From contig OZ240211.1 in assembly GCA_965197525.1 (NCBI GenBank), positions 1,760,001 through 1,824,000 of the forward strand: DNA of 64,000 nucleotides. The letters run 5' to 3'. Positions 30,267-40,217 of this stretch are shown piece after piece. The notes below the pieces were generated by a model, which saw nothing but the letters and a program-made list of their open reading frames with translations, was not told the origin of the DNA and did not search any database. Positions within the stretch are counted from its first letter, which is position 1. Each line of letters begins with the position of its first letter. Made by a program: the position numbers and the translations under genes. Source of the DNA: Nitrosopumilus sp. (GTDB lineage: Archaea; Thermoproteota; Nitrososphaeria; Nitrososphaerales; Nitrosopumilaceae).

Positions 30267-31609
30267 ATTTTAATATTTCGATTTGAACCATGTCTGACTC
30301 AGTTGCCTTGTCTAATAACATAGGTCTTGTGCATTATGGGTCTGAATAGTAGAGTTGCAGATAATGGGGCATTGGACTTTCTCTAGTTTTTTTGAACTAG
30401 TCTTGCCTGCTTTTTGTTTTACAATTTCATATCATCATCATTCTTTATTTCAGTGTGATCAAAATGTCTAAAATGATATGGACTGTGTTATAAAATTCAC
30501 ATTTTAAAGTAATTTTGCGTATTCTTGTGGATTTACAATTATCTAGTTTAGCTGTTCTTGATTTATGATATGTGGTCTGTTCATGTCTAGGAAACTATGA
30601 CCTGTGCCTTTATGTTGTTTTTCTTCAATTATAGTAGAATTTGATAATGTTGTACTTTTCTTGAATTCTTTAGTTTAACTCGTTTGATTTCTTTTTACCA
30701 TGTTTCTCAATATTTTTTTTATACATTAATGTCTCTGTTATGAGTTCTTTTTGTATTTTTTGCTAGTCATGTTAAATCAAAACATGTTATTTTGCACATG
30801 TTTGTAATACAAGACAAGTTTCATACATAGATCTAGATTTGTTATCTAACATGCTTTTTATCAAAAGAATTTATACTGCCTTTTATCATTTTTTAACAAT
30901 TGTTTTCGTTATTTTACAACAGTTGCAGATAAACCTGGTCATCGATTCTCATATCATGATTTTTTGTAGAACCCGCTCAAATTCTTTTATCGACTAGATC
31001 TATTCTTCCATATTCTTTTTTTAATTTTCATAATTTCGGTTTGTCTTTGATAGTTGAAGTATTTTTGCTTGGCTATGCATTAATTATTTTTAGATATCCA
31101 CTCATCATAACCATCCAGTATTTTATATGACACTTAATTCATGGTTAATACTCTACGTTTAATGTCTCTGTATTACATTATCTGTTTGTCTTTAACGGCC
31201 AAATAATTTTAGACACTCATTCTACTATTCATTGTTGTTAACATTATTATCCGAGACTCATTTTCTGCCTCTTCTATAGGATTTTGTTAGTTTACTAGAA
31301 TCGTTCTCTATAGTATTTTATTACCTTTGAGAATAATTTTGATTTGTCTTGATATATTATCAGAGCACAATAGCATGCATATCGTATGATCATCGGCTGG
31401 AAAATAAAACATATAAAATTTCATCTAAATATTCGATTTTCCCTTAAAAATTCAGTAGAATATTTGAAAATGCCATATATTCTGGTTTGTTAGCATGTAT
31501 CAGTATCATCATCTGCTGTCAATTCAGTTATATGCTATCTTGACAGTCCTCGATTAATTTCTAACAATTACTACATATTTAACCTACATTAAACAAGTTT
31601 GACTACAAA

Positions 31610-33331
31610 ATGACTGACTCTATTGAATTTGATCTAATTATCTGCGGTTCTGGGCTTGCTGGCTTGCGGGCTGCAATATCTGCTGCAAAGAAAGCACCAA
31701 ATCTCAAAATCGGCATTGTCTCAAAATTACAGGTAATGCGCTCACACTCTGTTTCAGCTGAAGGTGGAACTGCTGCCGTTTTATTTGATAATGAAGGTGA
31801 CACAGTTGAATCCCACATTTATGACACAGTCAAGGGAAGCGACTTTCTCGCAGACCAAGATGTTGCAGAACGATTGTGTGTTGAGATGCCAAAGGAGATC
31901 CGTCAGCTAGATCAATGGGGGATGCCATGGTCTAGACGTCCTGATGGACGAATTGATCAGAGAAACTTCGGCGGTTACAGTTTTCCAAGGGCTACATATG
32001 CATCAGACAAGGTAGGCTTTTTTGAGATGCAGACTCTGTATGATACATGTCAAAAATTTGAGAATATCGAGTATCTTAATGAATGGTTTGTAACGTCAAT
32101 CATCCATGACGGAAGGCGTTTCATGGGTGTTACTGCAATAGAGTTGGGCTCTGGCACATTTTACACAATAAAGGGGCATGCTCTCATAATTGCCACTGGT
32201 GGTGCAGGCAGATTGTACAGCTTTTCGACTTATGCCTTGTCCTCTACCCCTGACGGTCTGGATATGGGACTACGTGCAGGAATGGCGCTAAAAGATATGG
32301 AATTTGTACAGTTTCATCCTACAGGAATTTTACCATCTGGCATATTAATTACAGAAGGTGCACGTGGGGAAGGTGGTTATCTGCTTAACAACAAAGGTGA
32401 GCGATTCATGAAATCTTATGCATCAAAACTAATGGAGCTTGCTCCGCGCGATATCGTATCAAGATCCATCATGACTGAGATCAAACATGGTCGTGGATTC
32501 AAACATGAGACAGGTCCTGACTGTATGAAACTTGACTTGCGTCATATAGGAGATGAGAAGATCAAAGAAAAGCTCGGAGGTATTAGGGAGATATCAATCA
32601 AATTTTCAGGTGTTGATCCTGCAGATGAACTGCTTGACATAAGACCTGTGTGCCATTATATGATGGGCGGAATACACACAGACATTAATGGTACAACTGA
32701 GATTCAAGGAGTCTGGACTGCAGGCGAGGCTGCCTGCAACAGCGTTCATGGTTCCAACCGTCTGGGGGCAAACTCAACTTCTGAGTGTATAGTGTGGGGT
32801 AAAATTACAGGAGAGATGGCAGTGGAATATATCCAAAAGAGTTCCTCTTCTCTTTCTTCTGAACCATGGCCACATCATCTAGTCAAACTAGAAGAGAAGC
32901 GCATCTATGATGGCATATTTAGGGGATCTGGTGGTGCTAATCCTTATGAGATAAAACAACAGCTTACAGATACCATGAATGACAAGGCCTACGTATATAG
33001 AAATGAGGCTGATCTCATTGATGGATTAAAGACAGTTCGCGCGCTAAAAAAACAGACTTGGAAGCATGTTGATGACCGAGCCTCTGAGTATAACACCAAC
33101 TTTGTCAACGTTATGGAACTTGATTCCATGTTCAGGGTATCTGAGATAGTTTTATTGGGCGCAATCAATCGCAAGGAATCCCGTGGCGCTCATGCGAGAA
33201 TTGACTATCCCAAACGTAACGACGCTAACTTTTTACATCACACACTTGCCTATTATGATCCGGAGGAACCAATTATGAAAAAATATCCAGTTACCATCAC
33301 GAAGTATCAACCGGTGGAGAGAAAGTACTGA
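31610..33331 (+). CDS. sdhA: Succinate dehydrogenase flavoprotein
   Basis: GSGLAGL, RSHSVSAEGG (covalent FAD His), QFHPTG, HGSNRLG, ESRGAH. Confidence 0.97.
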   Translation: MTDSIEFDLIICGSGLAGLRAAISAAKKAPNLKIGIVSKLQVMRSHSVSAEGGTAAVLFDNEGDTVESHIYDTVKGSDFLADQDVAERLCVEMPKEIRQLDQWGMPWSRRPDGRIDQRNFGGYSFPRATYASDKVGFFEMQTLYDTCQKFENIEYLNEWFVTSIIHDGRRFMGVTAIELGSGTFYTIKGHALIIATGGAGRLYSFSTYALSSTPDGLDMGLRAGMALKDMEFVQFHPTGILPSGILITEGARGEGGYLLNNKGERFMKSYASKLMELAPRDIVSRSIMTEIKHGRGFKHETGPDCMKLDLRHIGDEKIKEKLGGIREISIKFSGVDPADELLDIRPVCHYMMGGIHTDINGTTEIQGVWTAGEAACNSVHGSNRLGANSTSECIVWGKITGEMAVEYIQKSSSSLSSEPWPHHLVKLEEKRIYDGIFRGSGGANPYEIKQQLTDTMNDKAYVYRNEADLIDGLKTVRALKKQTWKHVDDRASEYNTNFVNVMELDSMFRVSEIVLLGAINRKESRGAHARIDYPKRNDANFLHHTLAYYDPEEPIMKKYPVTITKYQPVERKY

Positions 33332-33768
33332 TGCCTCCATTAGATGATGACAACCGTGAAGGCATTAAAGGCATGATCAATCCACGTCGTTACGGAATTG
33401 AACGTGTTGCATATTGGTTGATGCGTCTTAGTGGATTGGGATTATTGGCATACTTTATTGCTCACATATATGAAACAAGTTCAATTCTGCAAGGCCGGTT
33501 TGGCTGGAATGAATTTTTAGCATTAACTCAGACTACTGAAGGGCACCTGTTCTTGGTTCTTGTAATCGGAATGTGTGTATTTCATACCGTAAATGGTATC
33601 CGAGTAATGTTGGGACACGGTGGAGTCGGCGTCGGAAAACCTGCAAGGCCTGACTATCCATATGTACCCGCATCTCAGAACTATCGACATAAAATAGGAA
33701 TCTACTCTGCAATACTGCTTGCAGCAGTAGCAATGATGTACGGTACAGCAGTGCTGTTTGGTGAGTGA
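33331..33768 (+). CDS. sdhC: Succinate dehydrogenase cytochrome b subunit
   Basis: RLSGLGLL...AH, FHTVNGIR; operon position. Confidence 0.9.
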   Translation: MPPLDDDNREGIKGMINPRRYGIERVAYWLMRLSGLGLLAYFIAHIYETSSILQGRFGWNEFLALTQTTEGHLFLVLVIGMCVFHTVNGIRVMLGHGGVGVGKPARPDYPYVPASQNYRHKIGIYSAILLAAVAMMYGTAVLFGE

Positions 33769-33769
33769 T

Positions 33770-34123
33770 ATGATACTATTACGAGAGAGCCACATCATGA
33801 AGATTCATTACGGAACTGCCTTGGCAGCTGTCGCACTTGTGGCAGTTCATATACTGATGCGTCTCACACAGGGATTTGCAGAATCTCTAGAGTATGAGAG
33901 TGTTCTTGCAAATTATAGATTTCTACCATACGCTCTGATGCTGGAATTGATTCTAATTCTTCTTTCAATACATGGATTCAATGGTCTGCGCGTTATCTTG
34001 CTTGAATTAAAACAGGGTCCAAGGTATGAAAAAGCCGTATCATACGGTTGTGTTGCTGCCATGATAGGATTAATAGCGTACGGTTCAAGAACGATTATTA
34101 TGACTAACGCGGGGATGGTATAG
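33770..34123 (+). CDS. sdhD: Succinate dehydrogenase membrane anchor
   Basis: Three TM helices; HGFNGLR; likely start ATG 33770. Confidence 0.88.
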   Translation: MILLRESHIMKIHYGTALAAVALVAVHILMRLTQGFAESLEYESVLANYRFLPYALMLELILILLSIHGFNGLRVILLELKQGPRYEKAVSYGCVAAMIGLIAYGSRTIIMTNAGMV

Positions 34124-34124
34124 C

Positions 34125-34907
34125 ATGGCTCAGGTATCGACTATAAATAATAGCGGCGGCACTAGTGGCGCTTCTGGACAGCAGCAGCAACCAGCAGATC
34201 TAATCACACTTCGAATATCCAGATACAATCCAGAACATGATGACTCTCCTCAATTCATGGAGTTTTCTATATCATATGAAAAATGGACTACAGTTCTCGA
34301 GGCAATTCTTGAAGTAAAAAAACAATTGGATCACTCAGTAGCAGTCAGATACTCTTGTAGACAGGCAACATGCGGTTCATGTGGCATGATAATTAATGGA
34401 AAACCTCGACTTGCCTGCTTTACCAAAATCAGTGAGTTGAATTCTAATGTTGTTACAGTCGAACCTATGAATAATTTTCCTATCATTCGTGATCTAGCAG
34501 TAAAGTTTGAGCGATTATTTGACACTCATCACAAGATGAAACCATATCTGATTCATGATGAGCCTGAATTGACAGATGATAAAAAAGAGTTTCTCCAGTC
34601 TCCTGAAGATCTTGAGCAGTACATCCAATTTGCTAACTGTATAAAATGCGGCCTATGTAATTCAGCATGTCCTACAATGGCTACTGATTCTTCATTTGTT
34701 GGACCTCAAGCACTAGCGCAGGCTTATCGGTATGTTGCAGACAGCAGAGACAAAGGCAAAGACACTCGATTGAAGATAATTGATGACTCTCACGGTATAT
34801 GGAGATGTCATTTTGCAGGCTCTTGTAGCCAGGTATGCCCAAAAGGTGTTGATCCTGCAATGGGAATTCAGCTTCTTCGAGGCTACATGCTAGGGTTTAA
34901 GGACTAA
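34125..34907 (+). CDS. sdhB: Succinate dehydrogenase Fe-S subunit
   Basis: SCRQATCGSC, CIKCGLCNSACP, CHFAGSCSQVCP. Confidence 0.97.
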   Translation: MAQVSTINNSGGTSGASGQQQQPADLITLRISRYNPEHDDSPQFMEFSISYEKWTTVLEAILEVKKQLDHSVAVRYSCRQATCGSCGMIINGKPRLACFTKISELNSNVVTVEPMNNFPIIRDLAVKFERLFDTHHKMKPYLIHDEPELTDDKKEFLQSPEDLEQYIQFANCIKCGLCNSACPTMATDSSFVGPQALAQAYRYVADSRDKGKDTRLKIIDDSHGIWRCHFAGSCSQVCPKGVDPAMGIQLLRGYMLGFKD

Positions 34908-34955
34908 AATACGTACGTACGTACTGTATTCTGCAGTCTTTCTCTTTTCCTTATC

Positions 34956-35279
34956 TCAACCTAGTTTCTTTGGATTTGGGCTATTGTTTACTTGATTGTT
35001 TATCTGCTCTGCCATAAAGTGGTTTGAGACATTAACTTTTACGTCATCTACTCCATCCACCTTTAACAGGTTGTCATGCACGTCTTGGCAGATCTTAAAA
35101 CCGAACACTGCCGGACAGAATGGACTAGTAAGATGCAGATCAACTTTGACATTACTATCAGCAATATCTACTTCATCAATTAGTTCTAGCTCTACAATCG
35201 ACGTGTTTATCTCTGGATCTACAATTTTTGATAGCTCATCGAATATCTTTACTCTCAACTGTTTGATTTCTTGGCTCAT
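34956..35279 (-). CDS. DUF59/SufT-like Fe-S assembly factor
   Basis: IVDPEINTSIVELELI, LTSPFCP; likely start MSQEIK. Confidence 0.88.
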   Translation of the reverse strand: MSQEIKQLRVKIFDELSKIVDPEINTSIVELELIDEVDIADSNVKVDLHLTSPFCPAVFGFKICQDVHDNLLKVDGVDDVKVNVSNHFMAEQINNQVNNSPNPKKLG

Positions 35280-35328
35280 ACCGACAAAAGCGTTGATGCT
35301 ATATATAACCATTTGAAACTGTTACATA

Positions 35329-36804
35329 ATGTATCGTTCTCGACTTGGTACCGGCCTCAGCGACATAACTTTGGACTATGTATCATCCATTGATGATGAC
35401 TCTGAAATTGCCCTTTATGACATACTTGGGAGCCAAGCTCACTCTTTGATGCTGTACCAAAACAAGATCATTACAAGAAACAATGCAAAAAAAATCCTAG
35501 CTTCATTGGAGAGTCTAAAAGATGTCAAGTTTGGTGTTGCTGCTACTGCTACTGCCACTGATGCAGAAGATATTCATGAATTAATTGAGTCACTAGTTAT
35601 CAAAAAAGCTGGCATGGTAAGTGGAGGTAGGATGCATACTGCACGATCGCGCAACGATCAAATTGCACTTGATATGAGAATGAAGGTTCGAGACGATGTT
35701 AATGCTATTTGCAATTGCTTGCTTGATATGATTGATACACTAGTATGTGCGGCCAAAAATCATACTAAAACCATTATGCCATTGTACACTCATCTTCAAC
35801 AAGCTCAGGCAGGCCTCTTTTCGCATTATCTATTATCCTATGCCGATATGCTGTTTCGTGATTTTGCACGCCTCTCAGAAACATTTCATCGAGTAAACCA
35901 AAGCCCGTTAGGTGCTGGTCCTATAGGCGGTACTAGTATTAAGATAGATAGACACAGTACTGCTGAGATGTTGGGTTTTGATGGATTAGTTGAAAACTCT
36001 ATTGATGCAACTAGCACACGCGATTTTGTAGCAGAGTATGTAGCTGCCATCTCGATTCTGATGACTAACCTCAGTAAGATATCTGAAGACTTTGTGATCT
36101 GGTCCACATCTGAATTCTCTTTCATTGAGCTGTCCGACGAGTTTACCTCTCCATCAAGTGTCATGCCTCAAAAAAAGAATCCTGATATCTTAGAGCTAAC
36201 ACGTGGCAAGACAGCACAGGTCATAGGACACTTGACTGCAGTTTTAACTACAGTCAAAGGATTGGCTTCAGGGTATGGACGTGACTTGCAACAGATAAAA
36301 TCATCTATCTGGTCTACATCTCGTATATCCATTAGCGCACTGTTAATCATGAGATCCGTTATCTTGACTCTAAAGGTAAATAAAAAACAGATGAGAAAAG
36401 TAACTGAATCAAGCAACTTGATTGCCTTGGATATCGCAGAGAGGCTAGTCCAAGAAAATATTCCATTTAGACTAGCCCATAAAATCTCTGGGGCTCTAGT
36501 CCAGTCAGCATCGCAATCTAAAAAATCCATCTCAAAGCTGTCTCTCTCTAAAGTAGCAAAATCTGTCGCAGATTCCAAAGTTGACTCTAAACTTGTCTTT
36601 GACATTATTTCTACGACAACTGTCGTTACATCTCTTGAAGATAGGCGTTCTTATGGCTCATCAGGATATGATGAACAAACACGAATGATTGCAGATAGAA
36701 CTATGCAAATCAAGCAGTGTAGGGAAGATGTTTTGGCCAGGGAATCTAAAATTAATTCCTCGATTGCGGATTTACAAAAACAGATTGACGAGATAATTCA
36801 CTAA
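35329..36804 (+). CDS. argH: Argininosuccinate lyase
   Basis: MHTARSRNDQ, YTHLQQAQ, SSVMPQKKNP signature. Confidence 0.96.
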   Translation: MYRSRLGTGLSDITLDYVSSIDDDSEIALYDILGSQAHSLMLYQNKIITRNNAKKILASLESLKDVKFGVAATATATDAEDIHELIESLVIKKAGMVSGGRMHTARSRNDQIALDMRMKVRDDVNAICNCLLDMIDTLVCAAKNHTKTIMPLYTHLQQAQAGLFSHYLLSYADMLFRDFARLSETFHRVNQSPLGAGPIGGTSIKIDRHSTAEMLGFDGLVENSIDATSTRDFVAEYVAAISILMTNLSKISEDFVIWSTSEFSFIELSDEFTSPSSVMPQKKNPDILELTRGKTAQVIGHLTAVLTTVKGLASGYGRDLQQIKSSIWSTSRISISALLIMRSVILTLKVNKKQMRKVTESSNLIALDIAERLVQENIPFRLAHKISGALVQSASQSKKSISKLSLSKVAKSVADSKVDSKLVFDIISTTTVVTSLEDRRSYGSSGYDEQTRMIADRTMQIKQCREDVLARESKINSSIADLQKQIDEIIH

Positions 36805-36985
36805 ATGGTGATCATCGATGATCTTTTGGTAATCTTGTGCATTAGTTCTTCTCAGTACTAATGTATGTGTTTTATTAAGTGTGTTCTTGATGATTAAGGT
36901 TTAATCTGTTTACCTGTTATGTGGCAGCATCTGTCTTTGATGTATGTGGATGGATCAAGTGTTACTTGACACACAGATAGTTTTT

Positions 36986-37405
36986 TCATTCCCTATCAAT
37001 GGCAGGATATAGACTACGTTTAGCCAGTATTGCAAGATTTGCAGTTATCTCAGAATCATCTTCTGTATATCCAAATATACCTGTATGTGATTTATCGAGA
37101 TACTCTGGCAAAAGTTTTATTCTCAGTTCTATGTCTGCATTGCGTCCAACAGATTTTGTTTCTCCTACGTTAAGAATAGCAAATCTTCCATTCTGTTTTA
37201 TGATAAACCCTTTTGAGTGAAAAATCTCGCGAATTTTCACAATAGCATCTACAAAGTTTGATTCCTTAAAATACTCCAGCCAGTTGGCGGAGAGATAATT
37301 ATCGGATGTACGCGGTTCGAAGGCCATTGGTGACGGATTTCCATCTGACTCTATAGTTCTAGGACTACAATACCGTGACATGTGGTCACTATCTTTCAAT
37401 GCCAT
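36986..37405 (-). CDS. Hypothetical protein, possible ADP-ribosyltransferase fold
   Basis: DHMSRYC...LSANWLEY...SHTGI pattern; third gene of the coupled cassette; fold is inferred. Confidence 0.55.
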   Translation of the reverse strand: MALKDSDHMSRYCSPRTIESDGNPSPMAFEPRTSDNYLSANWLEYFKESNFVDAIVKIREIFHSKGFIIKQNGRFAILNVGETKSVGRNADIELRIKLLPEYLDKSHTGIFGYTEDDSEITANLAILAKRSLYPAIDRE

Positions 37406-37410
37406 ATTAT

Positions 37411-38166
37411 TTATGACTGTAGTTTGTCAATGAATGGTTTGACTGTTCTCAGCATATCATCTGATGACATGAAACCACTGACACTCCATCGTTTAGAGTT
37501 CAAGCTTGGATTATGCATGATGGCAGTAAATCTGATTGAAGTGGATGGCAAGAATTTCATCCCTAGAGTATCTTTTAGTCCCGATTGCAATCTCAGATAA
37601 ATCAATCCTTCATAACTGACGGTAATTTCTGGATTAGGCATCCATGTGTTTTCTATTATATTTTCCATTATGAATCTAGCAGCTATTCTTAATGATTCTA
37701 TATTTATGGGGTTTCCATCCGACTCTTCGTCAGTGATTTCTTTCAGATCTGTCAGGCGCTTTGCAATGGTTGTCAAACCTGCGGATCGAAGTACGGTGAT
37801 TATCTCCTCAACACTATTAGAATTAGATATGGATCTGCGCCAATCTAGCATTAACGATACGTCAAGCATCTCTTTGATTCTTGAATCTGAGATGGACTGT
37901 GAAATAGGTGGAACCAATGACTCTTTTTCTATATTCAACTTGATTTCGATCATCTGAAGTACTAATGTGTCAATAACAGCAGATAAATCAATTAGATTTG
38001 CAGTCGCCTGTTGCGCATTATTATAATGGAATAGGTTTTGGCTCATGTCTGAGAGTGACTGATTTGCTTTTGTGTCCATATGTACCATAAAGTTGTATTT
38101 CAAGGAATGATGATTGTTTATCTTATCTGAATCTGTAGGTCGATCCTCAGTTAAAACAGTCTGCAC
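37411..38166 (-). CDS. Hypothetical protein (disordered N-terminus plus small C-terminal alpha/beta domain)
   Basis: 251-aa ORF; GTG start overlaps the upstream TAG; PEITVSYEGLIYL motif. Confidence 0.65.
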   Translation of the reverse strand: MQTVLTEDRPTDSDKINNHHSLKYNFMVHMDTKANQSLSDMSQNLFHYNNAQQATANLIDLSAVIDTLVLQMIEIKLNIEKESLVPPISQSISDSRIKEMLDVSLMLDWRRSISNSNSVEEIITVLRSAGLTTIAKRLTDLKEITDEESDGNPINIESLRIAARFIMENIIENTWMPNPEITVSYEGLIYLRLQSGLKDTLGMKFLPSTSIRFTAIMHNPSLNSKRWSVSGFMSSDDMLRTVKPFIDKLQS

Positions 38167-38792
38167 TATTCACCACCCTGTATGAGATTATCAATGATGC
38201 GTTTAATATCTTTCTGACGAGATGGCCACTCATTTATCCTTTGAGATAGTAATGCGTGATCTAACTTTCCGTTGTAATGAACATTGCAATTTACAACTAC
38301 TTCATTGTTCTTGCGAGAGCTGAATACCAAGTTAATTACATACTCTTTATTTGTTATGATAAATTTGGGCATCATGTAAAGTTTAGTATCCTGTGAAGAT
38401 GTTTTGAGAAATCGTTTTGTGAGCCATTCTTGTGAATTATTACGAATCATAGACACTACACAGTTTAATCCTAATCTACTGTATGGGATGTGAGGAAGTG
38501 CTTTGACATACTGGGTGGCTATTTTGTATATTTCACTATTGGCATCTTTTTGGAATGATTCGTTCTGATCCTGCGATATATTTAGGCTGTTGGGTTCCAC
38601 AACTAACTGGACATTATTGTCATACTTTAAGACTGACAATCCTGGAGTAGTTATGGTTTGAGTTATTTGCCATTTCTCGGGTATTATTTTGTTGTATTTC
38701 ACAAAGTCGGGGTTGATAATAGATGGATTGTGTTGTTCTGCCAATATGACCACGCTGAGCGAATGAAGTGTGATTGTGTTTTCTTCACTCAT
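38166..38792 (-). CDS. Hypothetical protein, TIGR04255-like
   Basis: SVVILAEQHNPSIINP, LPHIPYSRLGLN, NCNVH motifs recalled from this family. Confidence 0.55.
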   Translation of the reverse strand: MSEENTITLHSLSVVILAEQHNPSIINPDFVKYNKIIPEKWQITQTITTPGLSVLKYDNNVQLVVEPNSLNISQDQNESFQKDANSEIYKIATQYVKALPHIPYSRLGLNCVVSMIRNNSQEWLTKRFLKTSSQDTKLYMMPKFIITNKEYVINLVFSSRKNNEVVVNCNVHYNGKLDHALLSQRINEWPSRQKDIKRIIDNLIQGGE

Positions 38793-39268
38793 AATACATC
38801 CGTATTTTTTTGCATATACACGAATTTAAATCGAAGATCATTATAAAACATGTTTTCAAGATAACTCTATGCAACACTTATTTATTATTTATCGAGACTG
38901 GATTTTCACGCGTTATAACATCAAATTATGGGCTCACGATCAAAACATGGTAAGCACTGGAAAAACAGGCATTATTACGTTCAATCAGACACTGACTAGG
39001 GACCCGTCAAGAATAATTGATTATGCTGCAATTCATAAATTTCGTCATTTGAAAATCAATGATCATTCGACAAGATTTTGACCATTATTAGAAAAATTTA
39101 TGCCAGATTATTTTACACATAAGAAATGGTTAGAAGATCACTCTAGTGAATTATTGATCTAATCTCTGCCAAAAATAGTACTAGTTATGGTCTTCTAGAT
39201 CGTGGATGTTTATCTGATTCTAAATCAAATATTATTATCTTTCATTGCAAACTATCTTGAGATCAATA

Positions 39269-39654
39269 CCTTTCCTCCTAGCAACACGAATAAGCGAGAT
39301 GGTACGAAACGCATTCCGACCTTGATTCTCATGGAGACTATGTGTACTACGAGCATACTTTGACACACAACTACTAGTAGCATAATCCAAAGGAAAGATT
39401 GCATATGATTTCTGCATTTTCTTTATGGGTCACACGGGAAGCATCGAATCAAGGTACGCTACCAACAAAAGGCAGTTATCTTATGCGTTATTTAATGAAA
39501 TGCGTAATGTATTTGATCGCTCAGAAAAATACCTGAATCAGGTAACACAGATCCATTACAAGAGCAACGGATGGAATTCCAACAGATCATAGAGAATGCG
39601 GCATCAGAGGACATTGACGACATGTTAAAGGCGATAAAGATGCTGGCAAATTGA
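39269..39654 (+). pseudogene. Tyrosine recombinase/integrase C-terminal remnant
   Basis: Manual translation PFLLATRISEMVRNAFRP*FSWRLCVLRAYFDTQLLVA*SKGKIAYDFCIFFMGHTGSIESRYATNKR...: LR box, MGH motif and catalytic Tyr; two in-frame stops and a distal frameshift. Confidence 0.8.
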
Positions 39655-39839
39655 GCCAAGTAACCAGATAGTCGTAGACGCCACGCATGCAGAAATTCTG
39701 CTAAGGCTAGAATGCCAATTTGTATGCAGCCTGCCAAACGGCAAGTGCATTTTAACAAAGAAAACCCAATCTGGTAAAATGAACAGATCTTCTGCTCCCC
39801 TGAATCGGGAAGCAGAAGGACCTGGCCCATTAGCGAAAG

Positions 39840-39913
39840 CGGGTCTAAAGGGATTCGGACCCTTGACAACCGGATTAAAAGTCCGGTGCGCTACCTGGCT
39901 GCGCCATAGACCC
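39840..39913 (-). tRNA. tRNA-Lys(TTT)
   Basis: GGGTCTA/TAGACCC acceptor stem; CCGGA-CTTTTAA-TCCGG anticodon arm. Confidence 0.93.
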
Positions 39914-40007
39914 TCCTACAAATTTTTCTAACTGTATAATTTAGCCTTTTACAAAATTTTATTATTACAGAAACTTTTAATCTAGCAGTTTGTCTTAGTT
40001 TATTTGT

Positions 40008-40085
40008 GCCCTTGTAGTATAGCCCGGTCTAGAATTCGGCCCTGTCACGGCTGAGACGCGTGTTCAAATCCCGCCGAGGGCGCCA
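40008..40085 (+). tRNA. tRNA-Asp(GTC), encoded CCA
   Basis: GCCCTTG/CGAGGGC acceptor stem; CGGCC-CTGTCAC-GGCTG anticodon arm; one T-stem mismatch. Confidence 0.9.
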
Positions 40086-40217
40086 TTATCTTTATCCTGC
40101 TATTCTGATTCAGTTGATGCTAGTTTATGCTGTTTATTTGCTGGTATTTCTACAAAAGAAGATTTGATGGTTAGTTCTACAAGAATATTAAAATTCAGGC
40201 AGTTTCAGTAAAATTTA

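Noticed and set aside
39500-39830. Possible SRP or RNase P RNA in the GC-richer stretch next to tRNA-Lys
   Set aside because: Hallmark motifs (GAGGAAAGUCC; SRP helix 8) were not found, and much of it translates as the integrase tail.
39492-39869. Listed 125-aa minus-strand ORF
   Set aside because: Overlaps tRNA-Lys and is antisense to the integrase remnant.
40008-40085. tRNA-Asp as a pseudo-tRNA because of a T-stem T:C mismatch
   Set aside because: A single mismatch in an otherwise canonical cloverleaf with CCA; could be a tolerated variant or a base-call error.
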